NCBI RefSeq assembly: GCF_003334815.1
Contig: NZ_QOWO01000001.1
DNA: 64,000 nucleotides
From: Escherichia coli
GTDB taxonomy: Bacteria > Pseudomonadota > Gammaproteobacteria > Enterobacterales > Enterobacteriaceae
Strand: one strand, 5' to 3'
Position 1 is the stretch's first letter. Each line of letters opens with the position of its first letter. Below the pieces are notes generated by a model. The model was not told where the DNA came from, searched no databases, and saw only the letters and a program-made list of their open reading frames with translations. The position numbers and the translations under genes were made by a program. Positions 26,018 to 41,242 of the stretch are shown piece after piece.

Positions 26018-26221
26018 TCAAACGAACAGTCGCGATATCAAATAAAACAAGCAGCAATAGAGCGCGGTGTTGAACAACGCCGGATGCCAGACAAAGTCGT
26101 AGATACCTGTTGGCACAAGTACCCGGCGCACCAGCCAGAAAATCGCCAGTGATAAAAGCAATTCAAAAAATATCGGTGGGAAGGACAGCCCAAACACCAC
26201 GATAACGGGAAACAGACTCAT
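26018..26221 (-). CDS. aaeX: Small membrane protein AaeX
   Basis: ORF track 90 aa; start taken at [12 protein letters not shown] (ATG at 26221), giving 67 aa. Confidence 0.85.
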
Positions 26222-26403
26222 GTTGACCTTGGTTGTAAAGAGAGAGCAGGCGTTATTATTTTCAGCATCTGTCGCCGCAGAGAAGGGCATGGAAAGCCGG
26301 GCGAGAGCAACATTGCTGTAGATTGATATTTAATATATTAGCGTAACTGTTATGCTGTTATCTATATTATGTGATCTAAATCACTTTTAAGTCAGAGTGA
26401 ATA

Positions 26404-27333
26404 ATGGAACGACTAAAACGCATGTCGGTGTTTGCCAAAGTAGTTGAATTTGGCTCTTTTACCGCCGCCGCCAGACAGCTACAGATGAGCGTTTCGTCCA
26501 TCAGTCAGACGGTATCAAAACTGGAAGATGAGTTGCAGGTAAAGCTGTTAAACCGTAGCACACGCAGCATTGGCCTGACCGAAGCCGGTAGAATTTACTA
26601 CCAGGGCTGCCGTCGTATGCTTCATGAAGTGCAGGATGTTCATGAGCAACTGTATGCCTTCAATAACACCCCCATCGGGACGCTACGCATTGGCTGTTCT
26701 TCAACTATGGCACAAAATGTTCTCGCCGGGCTGACAGCCAAAATGCTGAAAGAATACCCAGGTTTGAGCGTCAATCTGGTTACCGGAATTCCAGCCCCCG
26801 ACCTGATTGCCGACGGTCTGGATGTGGTGATCCGCGTCGGCGCGTTGCAGGATTCCAGCCTGTTTTCCCGCCGTCTGGGCGCGATGCCAATGGTGGTGTG
26901 CGCCGCGAAAAGCTATCTCACACAATACGGCATACCGGAAAAACCCGCCGATTTGAGTAGTCATTCATGGCTTGAATACAGCGTGCGGCCCGACAATGAA
27001 TTTGAACTGATCGCACCGGAAGGGATCTCGACTCGCCTGATCCCACAAGGAAGATTTGTGACTAATGATCCGATGACGCTGGTGCGCTGGCTGACGGCGG
27101 GTGCCGGGATCGCCTACGTGCCGCTGATGTGGGTGATCAACGAGATCAATCGTGGGGAGCTGGAGATCCTGCTGCCGCGTTACCAGTCAGATCCACGCCC
27201 GGTTTATGCGTTATATACCGAAAAAGATAAGCTGCCGCTGAAGGTACAGGTCGTGATCAACTCGCTGACGGATTATTTTGTTGAGGTCGGTAAATTGTTT
27301 CAGGAGATGCACGGGCGCGGGAAAGAGAAGTAA
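26404..27333 (+). CDS. aaeR: LysR-family activator of aaeXAB
   Basis: ORF track 309 aa; N-terminal HTH; divergent from aaeXAB. Confidence 0.9.
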   Translation: MERLKRMSVFAKVVEFGSFTAAARQLQMSVSSISQTVSKLEDELQVKLLNRSTRSIGLTEAGRIYYQGCRRMLHEVQDVHEQLYAFNNTPIGTLRIGCSSTMAQNVLAGLTAKMLKEYPGLSVNLVTGIPAPDLIADGLDVVIRVGALQDSSLFSRRLGAMPMVVCAAKSYLTQYGIPEKPADLSSHSWLEYSVRPDNEFELIAPEGISTRLIPQGRFVTNDPMTLVRWLTAGAGIAYVPLMWVINEINRGELEILLPRYQSDPRPVYALYTEKDKLPLKVQVVINSLTDYFVEVGKLFQEMHGRGKEK

Positions 27334-27466
27334 TTCATATTGTACTGTTACGTTGTACAAACCTGTGCCAACGGGTTCCCCTCACCCTAACCCTCACCCC
27401 AAAGGGGCGAGGGGACCGTTCGTGCACGTAGAAAGATTAATTATCCTTCTGAAAATAGTGAAATTA

Positions 27467-28927
<1,461 letters not shown>

Positions 28928-28956
28928 TTAGTTACTGCAGTAGAGGATTTTTTACG

Positions 28957-29190
28957 GCTGCCGGATGCGGCGTGAACGCCCTATCCAGCCTACGGTTATG
29001 TTCCGGTTTGTAGGCCTGATAAGACGCACAGCGTCGCATCAGGCAACGGCTGTCGGATGCGGCGTAAACGCCTTATCCGACCTACGGTTATGTTCCGTTT
29101 GTAGGCCTGATAAGACGCACAGCGTCGCATCAGGCAACGGCTGCCGGATGCGGCGTGAACGCCCTATCCGATCTACGGTTATGTTCTGGC
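28957..29190. repeat. REP/BIME array: three tandem copies of a ~78-bp unit built from REP palindromes
   Basis: gccggatgcggcgtgaacgccctatcc...tgtaggcctgataagacgcacagcgtcgcatcaggca repeated three times with point differences. Confidence 0.9.
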
Positions 29191-29250
29191 TCGTTGGCCT
29201 TTGGCAACGATTATCCTATGAGATTGGGGCAATTACGCGCCCTCGTCAAA

Positions 29251-32200
29251 TCATTGCGCTTTTTCTTTACGCGGTTGGCGCAACACTTCGTTGATTTGCG
29301 GATCGTCCAGCGGACCCGAAATGTGATAGCGCAAAATGGAGACTTTGCTCCACAGCGGCCCCAGCACTTTACTGGCGGCAAACACTGCCGCGCCAACAAT
29401 GGGGTTAACCGCAAAAGCCGCAGCCACGCCCACCGTCGCAGAAATCTCTGGTGCGACAACCGCTTCCATATTCAGGTCGCGACGTACCAGATTTACCGAC
29501 CCTTTCATGGCGATATCCGCCTCCAGGCCATCCACCAGCGTGTCGTCGGTGTGCATAACGCCGTCTTTAATCCACGCGGTGCTGCGAATGGAGTCAAAAT
29601 AGAACCCTTCGCCAAAAGTGTCTCTGAAATCAAAACGCAGCTTACGCATCAGGGCATCTACGCTCAATAAGCGCAGCAATTGCCCGGCATGTCCGGTATT
29701 GATTTCGGTAATTTCGCCTTTACCCAGTTGAGTATGAATGATGCCATTCAACGTCGCTTCATCTGGCTGCCAGGGTGCTTTGCGCCAGTGTAAATCGTAA
29801 TCCACATTAAATGACGACTGGCGTATGGGCGTCGTGACACCAAAAAATTCTGCGGCGGCATCAATTTTCTGCCCGCGCAGTTTTCCTTTCAGCGAGGTAC
29901 GTTCATTCCCCGGATTATTAACCCATTCACCATCGGCAGTAAGCCGCGAGAAACCAGTATCAATCAGTCCATTGGTCAGCGTTAACGTATCGCCAGAAAT
30001 GGTGATATCACTGTCAATGCGACCGAATTTTTGCCCCCAGAACCAGCACTCTGTGCATCGTATTTGGGCGTCCGGCCAGCCACGGAAGTTAATGCGCTCC
30101 GTTGTCGGGAAAGGTGATGACGGCGTTGAATCACCACGAGTTTTCGCCACGCTCGGGTTGTAATAAAGATATTTGATATTCGCCAGCCACGGCGCGTTAT
30201 TACGCATCGCTAGCGTGGCGTTGATTTCACGCCCTTGCGCTTCAACCAGGGTGCCATTTGCCGTCGGTTGCGAAACAATACTCAGGTTATTCCATTGCTG
30301 ATTTCCCAGTGACAACATAGGCGTACGTAACGTTATGTGTTGTGGGAAACTCGCTGCACCACCGACACTCTCCGCAGCGCCTTTCTGGAACAGGGCCAGC
30401 CACTCGGCACCATTCATCGGCGGCATATTGAGTTCAACGCCACTTTGTTCCGGCAACGGCGGGAGCGTTTTACTGTCTGCCGCCCAAATAGCACGATCGA
30501 GCGTCAGCTTTTGACCGAGCAACCAGCGGCTATTGAAATGATTATCCGCACCAGCCTGTCCGGTTAATTCAAAGCTGTTGAGATTGCCATCAACCTTAAC
30601 GTTTACCGCTAGTGGTTCACCCGCAGGTTTGGCTAACGGTGAAGGTAAGTGACTGCTCACATTCTTTAGATCGCCGTTCAGCTCTATGTTATAGGTCGCA
30701 CCAGCATGATAAGGCAGATCAATGCCCACTTTACCATCCCACGCCACGCTGCCACTCAATGCTTCGTTCACCGCTTCAGGCAGAACGCCGGTTTTCGCCG
30801 GTTGCCAGTTACCGTTGAGGTTTACCGCTACCTGGTAGGCTTTTGCCCCTTCTTTGGTGGAAAAATCCACGTTCAACGGCTGATTAAACCAGCTTGCTGT
30901 CAGTGGTTCACTTTGCAGATCGCTATTGATAAAGCTGAATTTACCGCTCAAATTTTTCAGGGTGCTGTCGAGTGGTTTGATAAACAGACTGTTATTACGC
31001 AGCGTCACTTCACCTTTCGCGGTTACCAGTTCGCCGTTCAGCGGGATATCAAGATGTAAGCGAGCATTCACATCGCCGTCGAGCTGGAGTTCTTGCAGGG
31101 TCGCACCCAGAGAATCTTTCAGCGGTGTCTCATCAAAGTAAGGGCCAACGGCTTTACCCGGACCTTTAATGTCAGCGTCAATCAGCAGTTTTTCTTTTGA
31201 GTAGTCAGGGATCACTGCGGTAAGATTACTCGCGCGCACGCCGCCCAGATTAACGCCATCGGTTTTCATCCATAAACCGTCGTTAATAAAGTCCAGTTCA
31301 ATATCAAGGTTAGTTAATGCAGGCCAGTCCGGCTGGAAGGCAAACTTCGCGTTGCGCAGCGGCACCAGCACTTCAAACTGACCTTCGTTGTGTTTATAGG
31401 GGAAGAGTTGCGGATTGCCACCATAAACCAGCGTCGCGTTATCCGCTTCACCGCCCTGAATCGCGCCACTTAAGTAATCAACCAGGTCTTTACCCATCAA
31501 GTTTTCCGGGAAATAGCGCCAGGCTTGTGAACCATCATCGGTACTGATGCCAGCCAGAATACCCAGCCAGGGTTCATCGTTAGCAGGTTGCAGGTAACGA
31601 AAACCGCCGCGCGCATGGACGGCTTTGGCTTTAACGTCAATATTACGCCCATCCAGCTGGAAACCTTTGTTATTGTTCAGCCAGCTTATAGTTGCCTGGC
31701 CGTCGGCGATTTCTAGTGGCGCACGGAATACCGTTTCGTAAGGCATCTTTGCCTGCTTCATCGACGCGGTAAGCAAACCATTTTCAACGCTGCCGGAAAG
31801 CGTCCCGGAGAAGTGTTCCGCACCCGGTAATAATTTCCATTGCTTCCAGGCCAGATCGCTCCACGATGCCTGAAAACGGGTCTTGTCTGCCGCCTGAAGC
31901 GGGATATCCAGCGCCAGAGTGTTAATCTTGCCGCTCGGTTGTGTGGAGCGCCAAACATCACCCAGTGCAGGTGAAAGTTTCGCGGCCAGCGGGCGTATGC
32001 CCTCCAGGCCTGCCAGCTCCAGATTACTGGCGCGAATCCGGAGTTCGTCACTGCGTTTATTGTCTTTGCCGCCAACGTCCTGTTCCGGTATCCAGGCCAG
32101 CGTCAATGCTCCGCTCGGCCAGGGTTTGCCGTCCATCGTGATCCGTGTATCGGGAATAGAGAACTGCCAGCCCGGATTTTCACGCGTAATATGCGCGGTC

Positions 32201-33051
32201 AGATTATCCACCGACAGCGTATGCGTTTGCTTCTCGCCCAACCAGCTGGCACCGCCCTGTTTCAGCCAGACGTCACCGCCGGTTACATCGCCTTTGTCGA
32301 TCGTCATCCAGCCTTCAAGGGAGAACTGTGCCGTTTCCAGCGCAATATTGTCCTGCATCCATTTACCGAGCCACGGCTTCAGGTCGATGTCATCCGCCTG
32401 GAGCCAGACGCGACCATTGCTTAACAACCCCTCATCATCGCGCAAATCCATGCGCACCTGCATCACGCCGTGCTGTCCGGTAAGGCTGGAGAGGCTTACC
32501 AGGCCTTCCGCACGGTGTCGACGTGGATCGTTCAGCCAGGTGAGTTGTGGGATCGCCAGCTCGGCGCGCTGACCGGATGGCGTCAGGAAACTGACTTCAC
32601 TGTCGCGAAGATCGAAATGGTCAAATTGACGAAGAAACAGATCGCTGATGTGACTGGCTTCCAGACTGTCATCACTACCACCGCTGGTGATAGGAGTGTT
32701 GGTGCGAAAGCGCAGCTGCCAGAAAGTGAGGTCGCGAAACTGCCAGCGCATATGTAACAGGCTCTGCCAGACATCCAGCGCCAGAGTAACGCGTTTAACC
32801 GAAAATTCGCCGCCATCTTTTAGTTCTGCACGGATGTCGTGTGCTTCAAGCGTCGGGCCAAAATTCTGCCAGCTGGCTGAGAGCTGACTGGCTTCTACCG
32901 GCATGCCAGTCGCGGATTCTATTTTGTTGAGGATTTCCGGACGCCAGGCGTCAAGATGCGGTAAAGCAATACGCAGGCCGCTAACCAGCAGGGCAGCGAT
33001 CACAACGAGCGCGGCTCCAGTAAGCAGTAAAATCCCCGGCAATCGCCTCAC
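29251..33051 (-). CDS. yhdP: AsmA-like envelope lipid-transport protein YhdP
   Basis: ORF track 1266 aa; N-terminal TM anchor; recognised YhdP. Confidence 0.93.
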   Translation of the reverse strand: MRRLPGILLLTGAALVVIAALLVSGLRIALPHLDAWRPEILNKIESATGMPVEASQLSASWQNFGPTLEAHDIRAELKDGGEFSVKRVTLALDVWQSLLHMRWQFRDLTFWQLRFRTNTPITSGGSDDSLEASHISDLFLRQFDHFDLRDSEVSFLTPSGQRAELAIPQLTWLNDPRRHRAEGLVSLSSLTGQHGVMQVRMDLRDDEGLLSNGRVWLQADDIDLKPWLGKWMQDNIALETAQFSLEGWMTIDKGDVTGGDVWLKQGGASWLGEKQTHTLSVDNLTAHITRENPGWQFSIPDTRITMDGKPWPSGALTLAWIPEQDVGGKDNKRSDELRIRASNLELAGLEGIRPLAAKLSPALGDVWRSTQPSGKINTLALDIPLQAADKTRFQASWSDLAWKQWKLLPGAEHFSGTLSGSVENGLLTASMKQAKMPYETVFRAPLEIADGQATISWLNNNKGFQLDGRNIDVKAKAVHARGGFRYLQPANDEPWLGILAGISTDDGSQAWRYFPENLMGKDLVDYLSGAIQGGEADNATLVYGGNPQLFPYKHNEGQFEVLVPLRNAKFAFQPDWPALTNLDIELDFINDGLWMKTDGVNLGGVRASNLTAVIPDYSKEKLLIDADIKGPGKAVGPYFDETPLKDSLGATLQELQLDGDVNARLHLDIPLNGELVTAKGEVTLRNNSLFIKPLDSTLKNLSGKFSFINSDLQSEPLTASWFNQPLNVDFSTKEGAKAYQVAVNLNGNWQPAKTGVLPEAVNEALSGSVAWDGKVGIDLPYHAGATYNIELNGDLKNVSSHLPSPLAKPAGEPLAVNVKVDGNLNSFELTGQAGADNHFNSRWLLGQKLTLDRAIWAADSKTLPPLPEQSGVELNMPPMNGAEWLALFQKGAAESVGGAASFPQHITLRTPMLSLGNQQWNNLSIVSQPTANGTLVEAQGREINATLAMRNNAPWLANIKYLYYNPSVAKTRGDSTPSSPFPTTERINFRGWPDAQIRCTECWFWGQKFGRIDSDITISGDTLTLTNGLIDTGFSRLTADGEWVNNPGNERTSLKGKLRGQKIDAAAEFFGVTTPIRQSSFNVDYDLHWRKAPWQPDEATLNGIIHTQLGKGEITEINTGHAGQLLRLLSVDALMRKLRFDFRDTFGEGFYFDSIRSTAWIKDGVMHTDDTLVDGLEADIAMKGSVNLVRRDLNMEAVVAPEISATVGVAAAFAVNPIVGAAVFAASKVLGPLWSKVSILRYHISGPLDDPQINEVLRQPRKEKAQ

Positions 33052-33118
33052 CCGTCACTCCTTGTCTGCTAAAAATGTGACTCAAAAACCCTTTGCCGGA
33101 TGGCGGCCCAGCATCTGT

Positions 33119-34588
33119 TTACATCATTACGACGTCAAACTGCTCCTGGTTATAGAGCGGTTCAATTTGTACTTTAACCTGTTTGCCAACGAAAATTTCC
33201 ACTTCCGCCAGCGAGTGTGACTCTTCGCCTTTCAAGGCTTCAGCTACTGCCGGAGAAGCATAGACCAGGAAACGGTCGGAGTCGTAAGCATGGTGGACAC
33301 GAACAATCTCGCGCATGATTTCATAGCATACCGTTTCCACGGTTTTCACCGTTCCGCGACCGTGGCAGGTTGGGCATTCGTTACACAGTACGTGCTCAAT
33401 GCTTTCGCGGGTGCGTTTACGCGTCATCTCCACCAGCCCCAGCGCCGAAAAACCATTAACGCTGGTTTTCACCCGGTCTTTGCTCAACGCCTGCTCCAGC
33501 GAGTGCAGCACTCGGCGGCGGTGATCTTCATTATTCATATCGATGAAATCAATAATGATAATCCCGCCCAGATTACGCAACCGTAACTGGCGAGCGATAG
33601 CCTGCGTCGCTTCAATATTGGTATTGAAAATGGTGTCGTCCAGATTGCGATGACCGACAAACGCTCCGGTATTGATGTCCACGGTGGTCATCGCTTCGGT
33701 CTGGTCGATAATGAGATAACCACCGGATTTCAGTTCTACTTTGCGTTCCAGCGCTCGCTGGATTTCGTTTTCGACATCAAAGAGATCGAAAATCGGCTGG
33801 CGTCCTGTGTAATGCTCCAGCTTGCTTGTCATCTCGGGAATGTACTCCGAGGTGAACTCAAGTAACGCTTCGTAAGTCAGGCGTGAGTCAACGCGAATGC
33901 GGTCCAGTTCGGCATCGGCGAAATCACGCAGAACACGCTGCGCCAGCGCCAGTTCGCCGTACAGCTGATAACGGGTCTGCGGGCGTTTTTTACGCTCCAT
34001 AACTTTGGTCCAGACGCGTTTCAGATAAGCGGCATCGGAGGCCAGTTCAGCCTCGCCAACCCCTTCCGCTGCGGTACGGATGATAAACCCGCCCTGCTCG
34101 TCGCAATACTCTGCGACCACTTTTTTCAGGCGTTCACGTTCTGATTCGCTTTCAATACGTTGGGAAACCCCAACGTGAGAAGCCCCTGGCATAAACACCA
34201 GATAGCGAGAAGGGAGCGTGATATCGGTGGTCAGGCGCGCACCTTTAGTGCCAAGCGGATCTTTCACCACCTGCACCATCAGATCTTGCCCCTGACGAAC
34301 CAGTTCCGAGATGTCGCGCACCGTGAATTGCTTTTGTTCTTCACCCGCCACACATTCGGTGTGCGGCATGATGTCGGATGCATGAAGAAACGCGGCTTTA
34401 TCCAGCCCAATATCTACAAAAGCCGCCTGCATACCCGGAAGTACACGACTTACACGACCCTTGTAGATATTGCCTACTATTCCGCGTCGCGCCTCACGTT
34501 CAATATGAATTTCCTGCAGAATACCGCCATCAATATACGCCACTCGCGTTTCCGAAGGCGTTACGTTTACTAACAATTCAGCCGTCAT
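33119..34588 (-). CDS. rng: Ribonuclease G
   Basis: ORF track 495 aa; canonical start [15 protein letters not shown] (ATG at 34588), giving 489 aa. Confidence 0.95.
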
Positions 34589-35171
34589 GTTTATCCCTTT
34601 TCTCACGCAGTGCGTTAAAATTACTTAATAATTCATACGTTTCAACCAGCGGTAAGCCGACTACGGCGTGATAGCTGCCATTTATCTTCCTGACAAAACA
34701 GCCACCCAGCCCCTGAATACCGTATGCACCTGCTTTATCTAACGGTTCATCGCTGGCGACATAGCCCGCGATGTCTTCGTCTGTTAACGTTCTGAAAGTC
34801 ACATCGGTGACCACTAGGCAATCGAGAATGTGCTGGCTGTCGGCCAACGCCACTGCTGTCATCACCTGATGGGTCTGACCCGATAATTTGCGCAACATCT
34901 GCGCCGCATGCTCTGCGTCGCGCGGTTTCTCCAGCACTTCTCCGTTCAGGATAACGATAGTATCCGCACCCAGCACCGGGAGATCCTTCGCCGTTTGCGC
35001 GACACCTGCCCGTGCTTTCTCGCGCGCCAGACGCACAACATACTGCTGCGCGCTCTCCTGCGGCTGACGCTGCTCCTCAATGCCCGTAACAATACGTTCA
35101 AAGGTCACGCCAAGTTGCGCAAGTAACTCCTGACGACGCGGAGAACCGGAAGCTAAATACAGAGAAGTCAT
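34578..35171 (-). CDS. yhdE: Maf-like nucleotide pyrophosphatase
   Basis: ORF track 217 aa; start taken at [13 protein letters not shown] (ATG at 35171), giving 197 aa. Confidence 0.9.
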   Translation of the reverse strand: MTSLYLASGSPRRQELLAQLGVTFERIVTGIEEQRQPQESAQQYVVRLAREKARAGVAQTAKDLPVLGADTIVILNGEVLEKPRDAEHAAQMLRKLSGQTHQVMTAVALADSQHILDCLVVTDVTFRTLTDEDIAGYVASDEPLDKAGAYGIQGLGGCFVRKINGSYHAVVGLPLVETYELLSNFNALREKRDKHDG

Positions 35172-35179
35172 AGAAACCT

Positions 35180-36762
<1,583 letters not shown>

Positions 36763-36827
36763 AAGTTATGCGTATTCTCGTATCAGACCAGGCAGGGTAA
36801 ACAGACACTTCCCCTGCCTGCATCCGA

Positions 36828-37997
<1,170 letters not shown>

Positions 37998-38175
37998 TTA
38001 CAAATCTCTGCCTGAGTCCAGAAAGGCTTAATGCATCAGCAGCATTCCTCGCCTGTTTGCAACCGCGTAAGGTCATTCATCTGCATATGTGCTGCAACAA
38101 TCTGGCGAGCAGACAAGCACACTCCCATGAGACGCAGCGCGCGTTATTCTACGTGAAAACGGATTAAACGGCAGG

Positions 38176-40116
38176 TTAAACCGAGTATCTTTGTGAATAT
38201 TTTTTCACGTTAGTATCAAGTGGCTGTGAGGACGCGAAAAAATCCCCTTGCCCGCCTGTAACACCGCGCTGAATCAGGGTCTGCCACTCGCTTCGCGAAC
38301 GCACGCCGGTGGCGTAAACCTGGGTGCTGGTCCCGGAGCAGGCTTCCACCAGGCTTTGAACCAGCAGCTGGTTCTCCGTTCGCTTCTCAATGTTTCTGAC
38401 CAGCCCCGGATGGAGCTTGAGTAACTCAACATTAAGTTCTTTGATCCAACTGGTACTTACCAGCGTCAAACCAGCCTGGTTGACGGCTACCCGTACCCCT
38501 AAAGCATTCACTAAACGAATAACAGGTTGTAAACGACTGATATGTTGACCTACATCGGCCTCTGCAAGTTCAATAATTATGCGTTTTCGTTGTGATTTTT
38601 CACATTGCATTAACGTATCGCGCAGCCAACGCTGAAAACGCGGGCGAATCAGCGACTCAACGGTAACCTGAATCGCCAGATTTTCCTCTGGCCAGTAACG
38701 CAATAGTGGAATAAGACGGCTGATTTGCAGACGGTCATACTCTTCCGATAAGCCAAACTGCAAGACCATCGGCATATACTCCGCCGAGCTAACCTCTTCA
38801 TTACCATCGAAGATGCGGCACATGAGTTCGCGATGATGAACCTGACCTTCGCGAGTAACCGCCGGTTTTTGATAAAGGCGCGGGCCGCCGCGACTGAGCA
38901 TTTGCTCGATAAGCGTACGCCAGCGAACATTACCGCGTCCTTTTTCAGGCAACGAGTCATCGTAAATAGCCCAGCTATTGCCGCCCTGCAATCCCGCATT
39001 ACGCGTGGCAGACTCTGCATGTTCCATTACCTGCTCGGTATCCTGACCACTACGCCAGGCGCAGATACCAATGTGGATCATATCGTCGCGATCGAGCATT
39101 TTATTGTTCGGCAAGGTATCAACGGCTTTGATTAACTGACCGGCGATGCTCTCTGCCTCTTTTAACGTCCGGTGCGGTAACAGCGCAGCAAAATCACTGC
39201 GGTGGTAACGCGCCAGCAGTGCGCCAGGGTAGCGCATCATAAATGTCGACAGCAGATTCGTCAGAGTGAAGAACTGTTCTTCAACCTGGCTGTGCCCCCA
39301 GGTATCGCTCAACATATTGAAATCCGGCAGACGAATCATCATCACGATCCCGTGGGTACCTACTTTCTCCTGATCTTCCAGTAACGTTGCTAACTGATTA
39401 TCGAAAAAGAGTCGGTTATTGAGGCCGGTTTTCACGTCCTGGGCGGCATAAGAGCGGATCAGCGTATCAAGACGGCTGTGTTGTTCGCGTGCGTTCTGAA
39501 TTTCACGAAGCAGCGTATCCAGCGCACTGCTGGTTCTGGGCGGCCATTCATAGATGGTTCCCAACACATTAGAGCCACGCTCACCGTTTAAGATACGAGT
39601 AGCCCGGGTTTCCAGCAATTCTTGCCCGGCAAGTTGCCGTTGTAACCAGCGTACCGCCAGGAAGAGCATAACAATGATAAAGCCAATCGCCCCCGTGAGC
39701 GGCGCGGTGGTCATCAACGAATGGAAATAGTTGCCCATCGGATCCTGATAAACCAGACGCAACGACATCCCCGGATGCTTTATCAACGGAACGCTCAGTT
39801 CGCGAAACAGATCGCTGGAGCCAACTGGACGATAACTACCATTTCTGGCCAGGGTATAAACCTGTTTATCACCATGGAGCAGGTCTACACGAACGATATC
39901 TGCCGACATCATTAATTCGGTAATTTGTGGCCTTAATACGCTGAAGTCATTCGACACAAGGTGGGTATCAATCGCCGTCGCCACCGCCTGAACGCGATGA
40001 CTAAACTTATACTGAATGGCGTTGTAGAAACTTAGCGAACAGCCCAGCAAAGTCACAAAAATTGTTAACCCGGTGAGCAGCGTAACAAAGGCCGAAAATT
40101 TCGTCGTTAATCTCAT
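38176..40116 (-). CDS. csrD: Degenerate GGDEF-EAL regulator of CsrB/CsrC decay
   Basis: ORF track 646 aa; recognised CsrD (YhdA). Confidence 0.93.
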   Translation of the reverse strand: MRLTTKFSAFVTLLTGLTIFVTLLGCSLSFYNAIQYKFSHRVQAVATAIDTHLVSNDFSVLRPQITELMMSADIVRVDLLHGDKQVYTLARNGSYRPVGSSDLFRELSVPLIKHPGMSLRLVYQDPMGNYFHSLMTTAPLTGAIGFIIVMLFLAVRWLQRQLAGQELLETRATRILNGERGSNVLGTIYEWPPRTSSALDTLLREIQNAREQHSRLDTLIRSYAAQDVKTGLNNRLFFDNQLATLLEDQEKVGTHGIVMMIRLPDFNMLSDTWGHSQVEEQFFTLTNLLSTFMMRYPGALLARYHRSDFAALLPHRTLKEAESIAGQLIKAVDTLPNNKMLDRDDMIHIGICAWRSGQDTEQVMEHAESATRNAGLQGGNSWAIYDDSLPEKGRGNVRWRTLIEQMLSRGGPRLYQKPAVTREGQVHHRELMCRIFDGNEEVSSAEYMPMVLQFGLSEEYDRLQISRLIPLLRYWPEENLAIQVTVESLIRPRFQRWLRDTLMQCEKSQRKRIIIELAEADVGQHISRLQPVIRLVNALGVRVAVNQAGLTLVSTSWIKELNVELLKLHPGLVRNIEKRTENQLLVQSLVEACSGTSTQVYATGVRSRSEWQTLIQRGVTGGQGDFFASSQPLDTNVKKYSQRYSV

Positions 40117-40267
40117 CCTTGTGTTAACTCCGATAGTGAGGAAGCGGGCATACTAGCAAATCAGATTTATCTCGCAATTTATTGCGCTTCATCGGCTTTG
40201 CTTTTCCATTAGCGAGTATAGTCTTCAGAAATTATTTTCCAATCCATCATGCACATGAGGACCACTT

Positions 40268-41242
40268 ATGCAGGCGTTACTTTTAGAACAGCAGGACGGC
40301 AAAACTCTCGCATCAGTACAGACTCTGGACGAAAGTCGCCTGCCGGAGGGCGATGTCACGGTCGATGTTCACTGGTCGAGCCTGAACTATAAAGATGCGC
40401 TGGCGATTACCGGTAAGGGAAAAATCATCCGTAATTTTCCGATGATTCCTGGGATCGATTTTGCCGGAACTGTACGCACCAGCGAAGATCCGCGTTTTCA
40501 TGCCGGTCAGGAGGTGTTACTCACTGGCTGGGGCGTTGGTGAAAACCACTGGGGTGGGCTGGCGGAGCAGGCGCGAGTGAAAGGTGACTGGCTGGTTGCC
40601 ATGCCGCAAGGGCTGGACGCGCGTAAAGCAATGATTATCGGTACTGCCGGTTTTACCGCCATGCTGTGTGTGATGGCGCTGGAAGATGCCGGTGTTCGCC
40701 CGCAGGACGGGGAGATTGTCGTGACGGGTGCCAGTGGTGGCGTCGGCAGTACCGCCGTGGCGCTGCTGCATAAGTTGGGTTATCAGGTCGTTGCCGTTTC
40801 CGGTCGCGAAAGTACCCATGAATATCTGAAAAGTTTAGGTGCTAGCCGTGTTCTCCCTCGTGATGAGTTTGCCGAATCCCGTCCTCTGGAAAAACAAGTC
40901 TGGGCTGGGGCAATTGACACCGTTGGCGACAAAGTGCTGGCAAAAGTGCTGGCGCAAATGAATTACGGCGGCTGCGTGGCGGCCTGTGGTCTGGCGGGTG
41001 GTTTTACTCTGCCAACCACGGTCATGCCATTTATTCTGCGTAATGTCCGTTTGCAAGGGGTGGATTCAGTAATGACGCCACCAGAACGCCGCGCACAAGC
41101 CTGGCAGCGACTGGTCGCCGATTTACCGGAATCATTCTATACCCAGGCGGCAAAAGAGATATCTCTGTCAGAGGCACCGAACTTTGCCGAGGCCATCATT
41201 AATAACCAGATCCAGGGTCGCACGCTGGTGAAGGTTAACTAA
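40268..41242 (+). CDS. acuI: NADPH-dependent acrylyl-CoA reductase (MDR superfamily)
   Basis: ORF track 324 aa; recognised YhdH. Confidence 0.93.
   Translation: MQALLLEQQDGKTLASVQTLDESRLPEGDVTVDVHWSSLNYKDALAITGKGKIIRNFPMIPGIDFAGTVRTSEDPRFHAGQEVLLTGWGVGENHWGGLAEQARVKGDWLVAMPQGLDARKAMIIGTAGFTAMLCVMALEDAGVRPQDGEIVVTGASGGVGSTAVALLHKLGYQVVAVSGRESTHEYLKSLGASRVLPRDEFAESRPLEKQVWAGAIDTVGDKVLAKVLAQMNYGGCVAACGLAGGFTLPTTVMPFILRNVRLQGVDSVMTPPERRAQAWQRLVADLPESFYTQAAKEISLSEAPNFAEAIINNQIQGRTLVKVN

Noticed and set aside
28965-29670. Plus-strand ORFs of 109 and 171 aa over the tldD-yhdP spacer
   Set aside because: They lie over the REP/BIME repeats and the antisense strand of the yhdP 3' end; no RBS and repeat-derived sequence.
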